The notes under the pieces are model-generated. The model was not told where the DNA came from. It did not search any database and saw only the letters and a program-made list of their open reading frames with translations. DNA of 64,000 nt, from NCBI RefSeq assembly GCF_963921235.1, contig NC_086107.1, positions 100,752,001 to 100,816,000 of the forward strand. The letters run 5' to 3'. A program made the position numbers and the translations under genes. Origin of the DNA: Mobula hypostoma. Its lineage: Eukaryota. Numbering within the stretch: position 1 is the first letter of the stretch; each line of letters opens with the position of its first letter. This document shows, piece by piece, positions 13,470 through 26,152 of the stretch.

Positions 13470-14095
13470 TCCTCAGGAGTCTTGCGAGGTTTGGCATGTC
13501 ATCAAAGACCTTGGCCAACTTCTATAGATGTGTGGTGGGAAGTGTGCTGACTTACTGCATTATGGGAACGCCAGTGCCTTTCAACAAAAAATCCTACAAA
13601 AGGTGATGGATTTGGCCCAGTCTGTCATGAGTAAAACCCTCCCAACCGTTGACATGAAACGTTGCCATAGAAAAGCAGAATCCATCATCAAATCCATTCA
13701 TCCTCACCGCCCAGGCCGTCCTCTTTTCTTGCTGCTCCCATCAGGTAGAGGTACAGGTACCTCAGGACCTGCACCACCAGGTTCAAGAACAGTTACTACC
13801 CCGAAACCATCAGGCTCTTGAACAAAAGGGAGAACTATACTCGTTCTACTTCTGATCTTCCAACAACTGACGGTCTCACTTTAAAGACTCTTTATCTTGT
13901 TATTTCATACTCGTTATTTATTGCTATTTATTTATATTTGCATTTGCACAGTTCGTTTGTCCATTGGTCCTGTTTACAGTTACTGTTCTATAGACTTGCT
14001 AAGTATGCCCACAGGAAAAAGAATCTCAGGGTTGTATTTGGTGACATGTACGTATTCTGATAATAAAATTTACTTTGAACTTTTGAACTTTGAAA
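13470..14095 (+). mobile_element. Rex1/Babar-type LINE 3' end
   Basis: LANFYRC.V; RCHRKA.SIIK; LLPSG; 3' tail aataaaatttactttgaactttga. Confidence 0.75.
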
Positions 14096-14759
14096 TGCTA
14101 CAGCCATGTCTTTGGAGCTCCTGTGCTGTGCTTTAATATTTCCTGTCACAATATATTTGTACTATCGAACATTTTAAGCAAGCACTATTGTTTGAGGCAG
14201 TGTTGTCTCCTTTTATGAAGTACCTAGGTTGTGTATCACTGAGCTTGCATAGATTCAAACGAGGTTGAAATGTATATTTTGCAAATCAGATTGGTCTGGT
14301 CAACTGTAAACACTGATATGATGGTACTTCATATTTCCTGTTGCTTTCATGTCAGTTGAACCATGAAACAAACGTAAATACTACTTAAAGGTTACATCCA
14401 CTATCTGGTACGTTGCAAAGCGTAGTCTGCTGTTAAAATTGCTACAGTCAACTGTCAAAAGGTGTTGCTGCTCTTTCTAATGCTTTGGATTAAAGAGTTA
14501 CGAAACATAATTGAGCCACTCTTGCAGGAAACAATGTGCAGATTTTGTGTAATGCTAGTATAATGTGTTCTAAGGTGAATAACTTGGAGATCCTTTATCA
14601 ATGAATTAAAATTATTCCAAACCTTTATTAAGTACTACAAAACCTTAGTAGAATTGTGTCCAATATCAGTCATTACATTTTGGGAAGAATACGAAATCTG
14701 AAGGGTTCAGGCAGATTTACTTTGTTGATAATAGTATTGAGGAACAGTTGTAGATCTGA

Positions 14760-15040
14760 GGGGCGGCATGGTAGCATGCCGGATTGCACAGTGCTTTACA
14801 GTACAGGCAACCCAGGTTCAATTCCCACCACTTCCTGTAAGGAGTTTGTACATTCTCCCTGCCATCGCATGGGTTTCCTCTGGGTGCTCCTGCTTCCTAT
14901 CACAGTCCAAAGATGTATTGGTTAGTAGGTTAATTGGTCATTGTAAATTGTCCATTGCTTAGGCCAAGGTTAAATCGGGGATTGCCAGGCAATATGGCTG
15001 GAAGGGCCTATTCTGTACTGTCTCTCAATAAATAAATAAA
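14760..15040 (+). mobile_element. tRNA-derived V-SINE (HE1-like)
   Basis: A/B box-like ggcatggtagc..ggttcaattccc; V-domain gggtttcctctgggtgctcc..ttcct..cacagtccaaaga; (AAAT)n tail. Confidence 0.85.
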
Positions 15041-15504
15041 TTATTCTCCTCACGAAAGAGAAGGTCAAGGGGAAGTTTAAAACTGAAGTGTGATTTGTTT
15101 CCAGTATTTGTTGGCTTAGGAGCTAAGTGACACAGTATTAAAGAGTCGGAACAAGCATAAAACTTCCTTTTAACGTAGTTGCTTTAATTTGGAAACTATT
15201 TCCTCATAGCTTCTGTAATAAAACAATAGGATCAATAAGAACTAATATTGAAGCATAAATTATATTTGCTGGAAATCAAAATAGAAAATGCTGGAAACAC
15301 ATGAGGGAGCGAGGAAGGTTTACTATTTTAGATCATCCCTGCAGTTTATCAGTGAGACTTGTAATTCTGTTCCAAAATTGTGGAGTGCTTTTACCATGAT
15401 GCAAGGGGTAACTAAAGCTAAAAATGGACATGTAAAAAGCAGACAAGTATACCATTCTTACGATGGAATAATTCTTAATGCTGTGTATCTAACTTTGGGT
15501 GCAG

Positions 15505-15639
15505 GCTTGGGCTGATGCCTTCCGGAGTACTCCAGATCTCACTGGCGTCGTGACTGTTTATGAAGAGCTGAGGAGAAAGGGGCTTGAGTTCCCTATGACT
15601 GATCTTGATGCACTGTCTCCCATCCACACACCCCAGAGA
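15505..15639 (+). CDS. TOM1: TOM1-family exon, end of VHS ([45 protein letters not shown])
   Basis: gcag|GCT...AGA|gtgagt; 135 nt, phase 0/0; nearly identical to the conserved TOM1/TOM1L2 segment. Confidence 0.95.
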
Positions 15640-16004
15640 GTGAGTATAAACTAGATTCTGGTTATTGCTTATTTCTGTTATGTTGACTGATTTTGGGTAG
15701 GTGAACTACTAAAATTTTCCCACTGTGTTGACTTGGTAAAGATTGAGTATCTTTAATGTTTGATGATTGTAGATATTTGGCAGCAGCATCAATTCTAACC
15801 AACCCTTTTGTTGGTATAAAATGGTCAGTGCTTTACACATGATTTGTGGTTGACTGTAGTCTTTCAACGTTGCATCAGCAGTACAAACCTCACTGGTGAG
15901 ATTCATATATGGAGATACAGAAGAACTAATGATCTTTGGAGAGGAAAGCAACATGCTCAGAATCTTTGCGATTGGGTCTTGGCATGAGCATTGGGTCAAA
16001 TGTG

Positions 16005-16895
16005 AGGTTCAGAGGTTCAAAGTACATTTATTGTCAAAGAATGTATGCAGTATACAACCCTGGAATTTGTCTTCCCCACAGACAGCTATAAAAAGAAAAA
16101 TCCATGGAACCCGTTCAAAGAAAAACATCAACCAACCCCCCCCCCATGCACAAAAAAACCAATAGCACGAACGACACAAAAAATGAGTGAAAAACACAAA
16201 ATATAAAACACAAAATTGAAATTGCAGGCATATTTCAGTTCAGCTCAGGGTTCGTTATCTGCAAACTATCCCAATTCAAAATTGCCCAAAATACCAACAA
16301 AAGGAGGAGCAATCAAACACTGGAAACACATCATAATGTAAACCCCAGAGTCCAATTCACAAGCTGCATCAATTAAACCTTGCTCCAGCATCATCCTCCA
16401 AAAGCATTGAGGGAGAGAGTGATCATTCGAACCTTCCTTCAGGAGCAGTGAATGAGATGGGGAGAGAGACTGTCACATGCAGATACTTTCCTCTGCCAGC
16501 AGTGAGCAAGAGGCTGGTAGATGGCGCAGAGCACCCCTTCGCCTTCGCCTTCTGCACTTGCCTTGATGAGTTCAATCTTTCTCAACACTTTAATCGGTGA
16601 GAAATGAAGTTGATCACGGGCTTGCGCCCTGTCTCCAGGCTTCTTGGCCTTCAGACTGCACGCTTTGCTCAAAGCCTCACGGAACCCTCTCTCTCGGGGA
16701 CAGCAAAGTGCCAGATTGCTCTATCAACCGGAAAACACACCACCAAAATATAGTTCGTAGGCACTGAACAGTAGGTCACAGGCTCCGACAGTAGCAGAAC
16801 CACATTTCAAGGAAAAATAAGACTTGAAAGCAGTAGTTTTGTGAACTATCTGGAGGATGTTGCCCTTGGTAGCGTTGTTCGTTGGCGCCATCTTC
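16005..16895 (-). mobile_element. Non-autonomous retroelement of about 0.9 kb (AAGATGGCGCC 5' end, LINE-like 3' tail)
   Basis: The 5' motif recurs at about 9130-9340 and the 3' part at about 28890-29200; tail aataaatgtactttgaac resembles the Rex-type tails in this window. Confidence 0.5.
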
Positions 16896-17049
16896 TTCTG
16901 CTTCAATGAAATTTTCAGTTTTGTTTTCAATGAGATGGGTAATGATGGCTTTGGGAGAGTGTAGACTATTGCATTGGGGGGAAGGAAATGTGTAAGATGT
17001 TAGCATCCTGAGTGTCAGAAAGGGAAGTTTTGTGATTCATTGCTTTGCC

Positions 17050-17520
17050 ACAATGGGACAGGCCCTTCAGCCTACAATATCTGTACCTAACACAATGCCA
17101 AATTCCTTCTGCCTGCACATGATCCTCAGCCCTCCATTCCCTGTCTCTTAAGCCCAGTCATATCGACTTCTATCACTGCCCTTTGCAACTCGTTCCAAGA
17201 ATCAACCACTCTGTGTTTATTTAAAATGAAACTTGCCTTGCATATCTTATTTAAATTCCCCCCACCCCACCCTACCCTCACCCACTTGAATGCATGTCTT
17301 CTAATATTTGACATCTACCCTGAGGGAAAAGATGCTGAGTGTCTACTCTATTTATATCTCTCGTAATTTTACAAACTTCTATCAGCCTCTGATGCTCCAG
17401 AGAAAATAGACCAAGTTTGTTAAACTACTTCCAGGAGCACATCCCCTCTAATCCTTGTAAACTACTTATGCACCCTTTCCAAAACAACCACATTCAGTAT
17501 TGGGGTGACCACGATATTCA
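17050..17520 (-). mobile_element. Degraded CR1 3' end
   Basis: Reverse complement similar to 12800-13240. Confidence 0.65.
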
Positions 17521-18029
17521 AACTAGGTTATAGGTGGCTGAAGTCTTGTTCATAAACGGACATTCTGAAGGATAATATCGAGAGGTCAGTAATAGTTCAT
17601 AAATGGAATAATTTAATTTATTTTGTGCCATAGAGCGACACTGCTATGTGAATTAAAGCAAAGCAGGAAAGAGATCAGCAAGATTAGCCACCCCAGTGAA
17701 AGAAAAAGTAGTTCTCTAGCTGAGATTGGGCACCTCTACAAGGAGTACTGCCACAAGGAAGCAGCATCATCATCGAGGATCCCCACCATTCAGGCCATGC
17801 TCTCGTCATGCTGCTGCCATTGGGAAGGAGGTACAGGAGCCTTTGATCCCATACCACCAATTTCGTTAACAGTTGTTATCCTTCAACCAGCAGGCTGCTG
17901 AACTAGTGTGGATAATTTCACTCACCTCAACACTGAACTGATCTTACAATCTAGAGACTCTCTTTCCAGGCCTCCAAACTCATATTCTCAGTATTGTTTA
18001 TTTATTTATGTATTGTGTAGCCAAGGATA

Positions 18030-19120
18030 TATAAGTTTGCTGAAGACACAACAATTGTAGGCCGTATCTCAGGTAATGATGAGTTTGAGTATAGAGAGGA
18101 AATTAAGAACCTGGTGGCATGGTGCGAAGACAATAACCTATCCCTCAACGTCAGCAAGACGAAGGAATTGGTTGTTGACTTCAGAAGGAGTAGCGGACCG
18201 CATGACCCAATTTACATCGGTGGTGTGCAAGTGGAACAGGTCAAAAGCTTTAAGTTCCTCGGGGTCAATATCACAAATGACCTGATTTGGTCCGACCAAG
18301 CAGAGTCCACTGCCAAGAAGGCCTACCAGCACCTTTACTTCCTGAGAAAAGTAAAGAAATTTGGCCTGTCCCCTAAAACCCTCACTAATTTTTATAGGTG
18401 CACCGTAGAAAGCATTCTTCTAGGGTGCATCACAACCTGGTATGGAAGTTGTCCTGTCCAAGACCGAAAGAAGCTGCAGAAGATCATGAACACAGCCCAG
18501 CACATCACACAAACCAATCTTCCATCCTTGGACTCACTTTACACCGCACGCTGTCGGAGCAGTGCTGCCAGGATAATCAAGGATACGACCCACCCAGCCA
18601 ACACACTTTTCGTCCCTCTTCCCTCTGGGAGAAGGCTCAGGAGCTTGAAGACTCGTATGGCCAGATTTGGGAACAGCGTCTTTCCAACTGTGATAAGACT
18701 GCTGAAAGAATCCCAACCCGGATCTGGGCCATACCCTCCAAATATCCGGACTTGCTTCTCAGTTTATTTTGCACTACCTTACTTCCCATTTTTCTATTTT
18801 TTATTTATGATTTATAATTTAAATTTTTAATATTTACTAATTTTAACTATTTTAATATCTTTAATATTTACTATTTGTAATCCAGGGAGTGTGAAGTGCA
18901 GAACCAAATATCGCTGTGATGATTGTACGTTCTGGTACCAATTGTTTGGCGACTATAAAGTATTTAAGGATTTTGTACAATTTGCCTTTTGCATCTTGGT
19001 GTTTGTCAGTCTTTGTGTGTTGTTTTTCATTGATTCTGTTGTATTTCTTCTACTGTGAATGCCTACAAGAAAATGAATCTCGAGGTAGTATATGGTGACA
19101 TAAATTTACTTTGAACTTTC
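18030..19120 (+). mobile_element. Rex1/Babar-type LINE with an open RT C-terminal frame, nested in an older copy (from about 17725)
   Basis: KFAEDTT; WCEDNNLSLNVSKTKELVVDFR; LYFLRK..LTNFYRCTVESIL.GCIT.WYG; ORF 18114..18830. Confidence 0.9.
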
Positions 19121-19639
19121 GGTACTCAAGAGTGAAGTTGTAGAAGCTTCAGTGGGTTATTCCATGAATTGCCAGCAGAGGGCACATCCAATGGTTTTTC
19201 AAACCTTGGCAAAAACAGGAAATACAGGTGTGACAAGACAGTGTTGCTCTATCTGATTTTTGCAATTCCAAAGGAATTTCTCAACAGTTATCCAATGTTG
19301 TAATAGCCTTGAACAAATTACTTGGTTTTTATGATGTTTCTCAGATTTCTAAATTTATCAGTCTCATTGTTTGTGATAGCTTGTGTGCAGTGGATTCCTT
19401 TACAGAGGATCAGTGTCTGCACCTCATTGTGGAACATCTCTGCGGAAACAAGGGATGTTCCAGTTTGTATACTCAATGTAGAATAGCAGGAAAGTTGAGA
19501 CGTTCCTACCTGCCAAAGAGTTGAGAAAATCTGAAGAATATTACAATCAATCTCTTTAAAAATAAGGAATTGTTTTTAAAATTTACACAGGGATCTTCTG
19601 GTATCACTTAGAATTCACCTTTCTAGTCCATGGCACGTA

Positions 19640-20410
19640 ACCCTCCATAACCCACTTTTCTGGATTGAACTCCATCTGCTACTTTCTAGCTCAGCTTTGG
19701 ATTCTACCAAGTTCTGTTGTAACCAATGACAACCTTCTACTCTATCCACAACACCATCAGCTTTTGTGTCATCTGCTAACTTACTAGCCCACTATTTTAC
19801 TACTTCATCCAAGTCACTTTTAAAAACCATGAAGAGCAGGGGTCCCAGAACAGATCCCAGTGGAATACCACTGGTCATGGACCTTCAGGTAGAATATCCT
19901 CTACCCTCTGGACAAGCCAATTCTGAATCTATGCAGCCAAGTTTCCCTGGATCCCATGCCTTCTGACTTTCTGAATGAACAGACTGTGAAGAACCTTGTT
20001 GAACACCTTACTAAAATCCATACATCCCACATTCACTGTTCTACCTTCATTAATTTGTTTTGTCACTTCCTCGAAGAATTTAATCAGGCCCTTGAGGCAT
20101 GGCCTGTCCTCACAGAACCATGCTGACTATCCCTAATCAGACAATGCGTCTCCAAATGCTTGTAAATACTGTCCTCTAAGAACTTTCTCCAGTAGTTCGT
20201 CATGATATAAGACTGGTCTATAATTCCCAGGATTATCCCTATTACTTTTTTTGAACAATGGAATAACTTTTGCCATCCTCCAATCACTTGGTACTACTCC
20301 TGTGGCTAGTAAGGATGTAAAGATCATCATCAAAGGCGCAGCAATCTTCCTTCTCTTCCCACGGTAACCAGGGGATACCCCGTCTATACCCTGTCCAGCC
20401 CTGGGGGCTT
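19640..20410 (-). mobile_element. CR1 LINE RT fragment
   Basis: VPSDWRMAKVIPLFKKSNRDNPGNYRPV; SKLADDTK on the minus strand. Confidence 0.85.
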
Positions 20411-20606
20411 AATTATTCAGGACAGATGAAAGATCTCAGCCCGAAGTGTCGACTTAGGATCTGAGTGTTCTATGTCACTGTGTTCAGTTAGGAGCAGAAG
20501 TAGGTCATCTGGCCCATTGAGTCTGCTCTGCCATTCAATAAGACTATATATGGAAAAATCTGAGTTGTTTGAAATATTGTGGAATATTGGTAGCTCGAGT
20601 TGGCTG

Positions 20607-20771
20607 TTTGGAAGTTCGGTTGATCGCGGAGGTCGGCAGGTGTTTCAGCTCCATTTGAGAAGCCATCATCAGTGCATATTTGATGGTGTGCTCTTATGAT
20701 TGCTTCTTGATTGGAGCCGAAATGTCCGCAAACATTTCACCAAGCTCGGCGATCAACCAAACTTCCAAAAA
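20607..20771. ncRNA. Inverted pair of degenerate hammerhead motifs (family B) within a small inverted-repeat element
   Basis: Minus 20636-20675 GCA-CTGATGA-T-GGCTTC-TCAAAT-GGAGCT-GAAA-CACC-TGC; plus about 20690-20729 CTTATGA-T-TGCTTC-TTGATT-GGAGCC-GAAA-TGTC; outer arms tttggaagttcggttgatcgc / gcgatcaaccaaacttccaaa. Confidence 0.55.
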
Positions 20772-20828
20772 CTGAGTGGCTCTTCAGGCCACTTCAGAGG
20801 GCAGTAAGAGCCAGCAGATGGGTAGAGC

Positions 20829-20907
20829 AGGGGTTCCCAACCTTTTAAATGCCTTGGACCCTTACCATTATCTGAGGGATCTGTGGACTCCAAGCTGGGA
20901 AACCCTG
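20829..20907. mobile_element. Short MITE of about 80 bp with CAGGGGTTCCCA-type inverted ends (hAT-like); other copies at about 5578, 23728, 27340 and 29205
   Basis: caggggttcccaa...tgggaaaccctg; recurrent in the window. Confidence 0.6.
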
Positions 20908-21632
20908 CTGTACAGCCATCTGTTACAGGTGATGACTTCAGACCGAAATGCCAATAGAATTTTATTTCTAGGCTTTTAGATTTCCATGGTGAGATTCCAA
21001 TGACATTGACTAGTGACTTTTTCCTCTTGGAACAGTGCAGAGTTATTCTTAATTGTAATTACATCCCTTATTAATACAAAAGAAGTTAACTCTGTTAACT
21101 TTTTATTTTTGGAAAGTGCTATTTCTATTCTAAATTGCAGATCTTTGAACATCTTACCTTGCTCAACATTCCTCACATTGCTGAAACTCGCTGACAGTTT
21201 ACAAACAATGAGCTTCCACCTGCCTGTGAACAGAAGCAAGTATTTCAGCAAGATTCTCTCCTGCATCATTTCAAGCCCTCTTTCCTTCCACTCATAAGGA
21301 AAATGTAGTTTCTTTCTCTCTACATCTGCAGTACAGATGCTTGTTATGCTCGCTGTGTTATCTGACCGACTAGTGATGCAGATTAAGGATCCAAGCTAAT
21401 GATTTTTTTTTTTACCTGATATGGATGAACTAATTTAGTGAGTGAACTTGTCGAGTCATTAAATAATCTTCCAAAACCTTCGGAATCTATTGAGTCAGAG
21501 TGACAACTTCAAGTTAGATTTGTTATAACTGTCATTTCATTCTGTTGTGCAGCTACTTCTGATCATTAATGATGGTATCTTCGTATTACCTATTCGCTGT
21601 CCTCATTACAAATGCTTTTTTTTGTTTTTCAG

Positions 21633-21767
21633 ACTATTCCTGAAGTGGACCCAGCAGTGTCACAGAATTCAGTTCCAGCACAGGCACAGTCAGCAGTGTT
21701 TCCTGTCTCTGAACAACCCATTCCAGTAGCATCATCGGAAGGTGCAATTACTCCTTCCCTTGAGCAG
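21633..21767 (+). CDS. TOM1: TOM1-family exon, VHS-GAT linker (TIPEVDPAVSQNSV...AITPSLEQ)
   Basis: Strong pyrimidine tract tttttttgtttttcag|ACT...CAG|gtaaaa; 135 nt; PEVDPA start and IT..EQ end match the family linker exon. Confidence 0.88.
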
Positions 21768-21994
21768 GTAAAATGCAATGCTGTATATTTCATGGCTACA
21801 TATCTAATTTATTTACCCCTACTGTCCCAGAATGGAACATGATGGCACAGAGGTACTGCTGCCTTGCAGATCCAACAACTTGCATTTGATCCTGAACTCT
21901 CTTGCTGTCTGTGTGGACGTTGTGCATTCTTCCTGCCTCCACATGGGTTTCCCTTAGGTGCTCTGGTTCCTTCCTACATTCTAAAGATACCTCT

Positions 21995-22380
21995 ATTGCC
22001 TGTTATGCCACTGGTGTTTAGGGCAGCAATGGAGGTCCTCCATCTCTGGCGGGGTTCAGGATTTCCTTCATTGTCCAGTAGCTTGGTTTTCACTACTGTC
22101 AGTCGTGCAAGTTGCGGAGGAGACTCAGGAATACTGTCACACTCAGATGTAGAAGGATTCTTCATTGCTGTTTTGTTTTACCAGTGAGGGTTGTTAGCCC
22201 TGAGCTGAACCCCAAACCTGGAGGACCAATGGACCACTCTTAGCCTTTGACCACTTTGGCATGGATGACCCTACCAACGGCCAAAGCATAAAGCCCTGAC
22301 TCCACCCAACAATGCTCTCTGGGTCATTGAGACACACAAGCCTCTAAACTACAACAAGGTTGGAGTCCTCTTGGAGGACA
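21995..22380 (-). mobile_element. RTE-derived non-autonomous element (second copy about 27985-28345)
   Basis: Two homologous copies; the minus-strand 5' part (gcttgcgtgcctcaa..gagctacgttgtc..ggtagggtcacccatgccaaacaggtc) resembles Rex3/Expander 5' UTRs. Confidence 0.5.
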
Positions 22381-22589
22381 TCCTAAAGATATAGTTGGTT
22401 AATTTGCTACTTAGGTTAGCCCTAATGTAGATGTTTGATTTAAAAAAAAAAGTTGAAGGTGAGTATGAGGGAGAATTGTTTTTGGGGAGATGGGGCTGCT
22501 GGGTTTGCTCTGAGAGCAGACCTTCTGGGCTGAATAGTCTCCTGTGTTGTAAGTCAATAGTTGGTAAATTGGCATGTTAATTGTTACTT

Positions 22590-22797
22590 AACCACACATT
22601 GCTCTGCGACAACACCGGTGCCAAGCTGTATCAGCCCTAGTACCCTTCCCTTGGACAACATCGGTGGCGTGGAGAGGGGAGACTTGCAGCATGGGCAACT
22701 GCCAGTCTTCCATACAACCTTGCCCAGGGCTGTGCCCTGGAAATCTTCCAAGGAGCAAATCCATGGTCTCACAAGACTAACGGATGCCTAAAAAAAA
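22590..22797 (+). mobile_element. Short RTE-related SINE-like element with A tail
   Basis: Ends ccatggtctcacaagactaacggatgcctaaaaaaaa, an RTE-type 3' stem-loop; family assignment from memory. Confidence 0.4.
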
Positions 22798-23947
22798 TTG
22801 TTACATGCACCAAGGTACAGTAGAAAAACCTTTGTTTTGCATGCCATCCATGCAGGATGGATCATTTCTTTAAATCAGTACGTTGAGGTGGTACAAGGGT
22901 AAGTAATGACATATGTAGACTAAAATGTTACAGTTATAGGGAAAGTACAGGCAGACAATGTGCAGGGTCATGACGAGGTAGTTTGTGAGGTCACGAGCCC
23001 ATCTAATCATGCAAGGGAACCATTATAACAGTGGGACAGAAGCTGTCTTTTGCCATGTGGTATGTGCATTCTGGTTTCTATATCTTCTCTTCAATGGGAG
23101 GGAGGAGAAAGAGAGTGTATGAAGGTGCTAGGCTCTTTAACTATGTTGACTGCTTTATCAAGGAGTGTAATTGATCGTGACAATTTTTGGGTTGTGTTTC
23201 TTCATTCCAGAAATTTGATTGGGAATGAAGAGATTCAACCCAAAAAACATGCATCTGATGAGATTTCTGCATCAGATACCCACCACACAAAGTCATTCCT
23301 TGTGCATCCATCCATTACCACCAATATTATTTTCCGGGCTGTGACCTCGCTCACATAGTTTGCAACGTTACTGCCCTCTCCCAGCCCTCCACCACAAAAC
23401 CAAAGAAAGCATCAACCACTTCAACCACAGACGTCTCTTTCTAACATTTCCCTTCATGCACACCATTCAACCCCTCCCCTAAAAGGGCCCAATATTTGGC
23501 CAGCCAACTCTATCATCCCCATGACTCCAGATTGCAGTTGGGCCATGTATTTCTGGCTAGTCACTTCCATCACACCATGAGGCCCCATCATGGCCACTGA
23601 CTGTTGGATCTCAGCCCCCTTTCTCCTACCCTTCTTTCTATCTCTCTGTTGCTAGCCTCAGTCACATGAATTCTTCTGGTCAAAAGTTGCCCTCCATAAA
23701 CTACCCACACTTGAACTTCCCCAGAGCAGGGGTTCCCAACTTGAGGTCCGTGGATCCCTTACTTAATGGTATTGGTCCATGGCATAAAAAATGATTGGAA
23801 CCCCTTCCCTGGAGGTGCAGCATTTTCTCCATGGTTTTGTTCCTCCATATCTGGTCTCTGCGAAATGAACTCTTCAACGTGCTTTCAACACACACAAAAT
23901 GCTGAAGGAACTCAGCAGGTCAGGCAGCATCAATGCAAAGGAGTAAA

Positions 23948-23985
23948 CAGTCGATGTTTCGGGCTGAGACCCTTCATCAGGACTG
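23948..23985 (-). ncRNA. Minimal type I hammerhead ribozyme motif (family A)
   Basis: Minus strand CAGTC-CTGATGA-A-GGGTCTCAGCCC-GAAA-CATC-GACTG. Confidence 0.75.
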
Positions 23986-25095
23986 GGGAAAAAAGATGAG
24001 AAAGTCAGAGTAAGAATTACAGGGTGGTAGGTGATAGATGCAAAGAGTCGGGGGGGGGCCGCAGAGATCACGGGGGGAGCAGTGAAAGAGTATATCACTG
24101 AATCCCGTCAAAGAGAAGATATAAAGAACTCCTCAGTATGTCATTTTCTCCACTTCAGTCTTCCTGCTCATTTTTTCTGTGGAGACCACATTAATTCAAT
24201 GATTACAATGACAGCTGCTGTTTCCATTGGCAAGAGTAGACTGTTAGAAGGAAGAAAGGGCTGTTCAGCTCCTCTTCTTTGCTCCAGAATTTTAATAACA
24301 TTATGGTGGATCTTTTGCCTCTGGTTTTCCTACCCTAATGACAAAATCCCTTAACATCTCAGTCTCTTGAATATATGGAACATATTCAAGACAGTCTGCC
24401 CAGACATCTTAGATAGATTCACTGCCCTTCATCTTGGTCCTAAATAGCTAAATCCTTACTATGAGGCTGTATGACTCAACTCCTGGCAGCCCATCCACCC
24501 GCCCCACCCCGTTGTTTCCAGATTTCCTGGTATCTTAGTTGGGAGTTGTTGTGTCTGTACAACTACATATCATATAAATACATAAATACATACAACTACA
24601 TGTCATACGCATTCAGAAGTGGTTAACTGTATATTCACTTTGCAGAGACAGCAACAAATCAATGTGCATGCATAAGTTATCAGTTCATAATTAGAGCTAA
24701 GGGGAGTCATTGCACTAAAAAAAATAGATCCATACACTACAGGAGTAACATCAATTTTGCATCTCCCCTGATAGACCTGCAAGAAAGTAGTATGTTTCAG
24801 TAAGATCACTCCTTGTTCTCCCAAACTGAAGGCTATAGGTCACTCTGTTTTATCCCTCTTCATGTGGTAAAATCACTATCCCAGGAAACTTCAAACTTCT
24901 ATCACACGTCTATCCTTTTGGGTAGGGAAACCAAACCTGTATAAAGAAGTCTAGAATAAATGAAATTAATAAAATTGCTGGACCTGATAATCCAAAGTTT
25001 AAAAACAGAAAAAGCTAGAAATACTTGTGGCATACGCAAAAAGAACAGAGAGAAAGAGTTCAGCAGGCCAGGCAGCATCTATGGAAAAGGGTAGA

Positions 25096-25172
25096 TGACG
25101 TTTTGGGCTGAGATTCTTCATCAGGACCCTTCATTAGTCCTGATGAAGAGTCTCGGCCCGAAACAACGACTA
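25096..25172. ncRNA. Back-to-back inverted pair of degenerate family A hammerhead motifs
   Basis: Minus 25096-25127 GTC-CTGATGA-AGAATCTCAGCCC-AAAA-CGTC; plus 25135-25172 TAGTC-CTGATGA-AGAGTCTCGGCCC-GAAA-CAAC-GACTA. Confidence 0.65.
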
Positions 25173-25607
25173 TTTACTCTTTTCTATAGATGCTGCCCGG
25201 CCTGCTGAGTTCCTCCAGCGTTTTGTGTGTGTTGCTTGGATTTCCACCATCTACAGATTTTCTCTTGTTTGAAAGAGAAAGAGTTAATGTTTCAACTTTT
25301 GACAAAGTGTCCCAGATGCTGTTTGACCTGCATTTTGTGCTTTTTAATACCACAGCATTCTAGCTGCAGTCAAACCAGAATCCTATATAATTGGAGCAAG
25401 ATGTTTCCGCTCTTGTATCTGCCTTTCTAACTGCCTGCTATTCCTGAAAGTTAATTTTAAGTAATTTGTGTACAGATGTTCCAGCTCCTTCCGAAAACCA
25501 GTAATTTCCAGTCTCTTGCCAACTTCAAAAAAAAGCCTCTTCTTTTTTCCCATTAAGATGAATGAAAATGCTGTTTTTTCCCCCCACATTTTATTAAATT
25601 TGCTATA

Positions 25608-26152
25608 TACGCTGAGTGGCTATTTAATCAGTTACACCTGTTTGCCTGCTTGTTAATGCATGTATCTAATCAGCCAATCATGGGCAGCCACTCAATGCAT
25701 AAAAGCATGTGGTCATGGTCAAAAGTTCAGTTATTGTTCAGAGCAAACATCAGAATGGGGAATAAATGTGATTTAAGTGATTTTGACTGTGGAATGATTG
25801 TTGGTGCCAGATGGGGTGGCTTGAGTATTTCAAACTGCTGATCTCTTGGGATTTTCATGCACAACAGTCTCCAGAGTTTACAGAGACTGGCGCAAAAAAA
25901 CAAATCATCCAGAGAGCGGCAGTTCTGTGGGCGAAAAAACCTTGTTAATAAGAGAGGACAGAAAAGAATGGCCAGATTGGTTCAAGCTGACAGGAAGGCA
26001 ACTAACTCAAATAATCATGTGTTACAACAGTCGTGTGCAGAAGAGCGTCTCTGAACACACAGCATGTTGAACCTTGAAGTGGATGGGCTGCAGCAGCAGA
26101 AGACCACGCTGGGTTCCACTCTTGTACCTAATTAAATGACTGCTGAGTGGAT
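25608..26152 (+). mobile_element. Tc1-like transposon, internally deleted
   Basis: MGNKCDLSDFDCGMIVGAR.GGLSIS..DLLGFS.TTVSRVYRDW paired-like HTH; TIR-like ends. Confidence 0.85.

Noticed and set aside
14760..14835. tRNA gene
   Set aside because: A/B boxes are the head of a SINE; no full cloverleaf.
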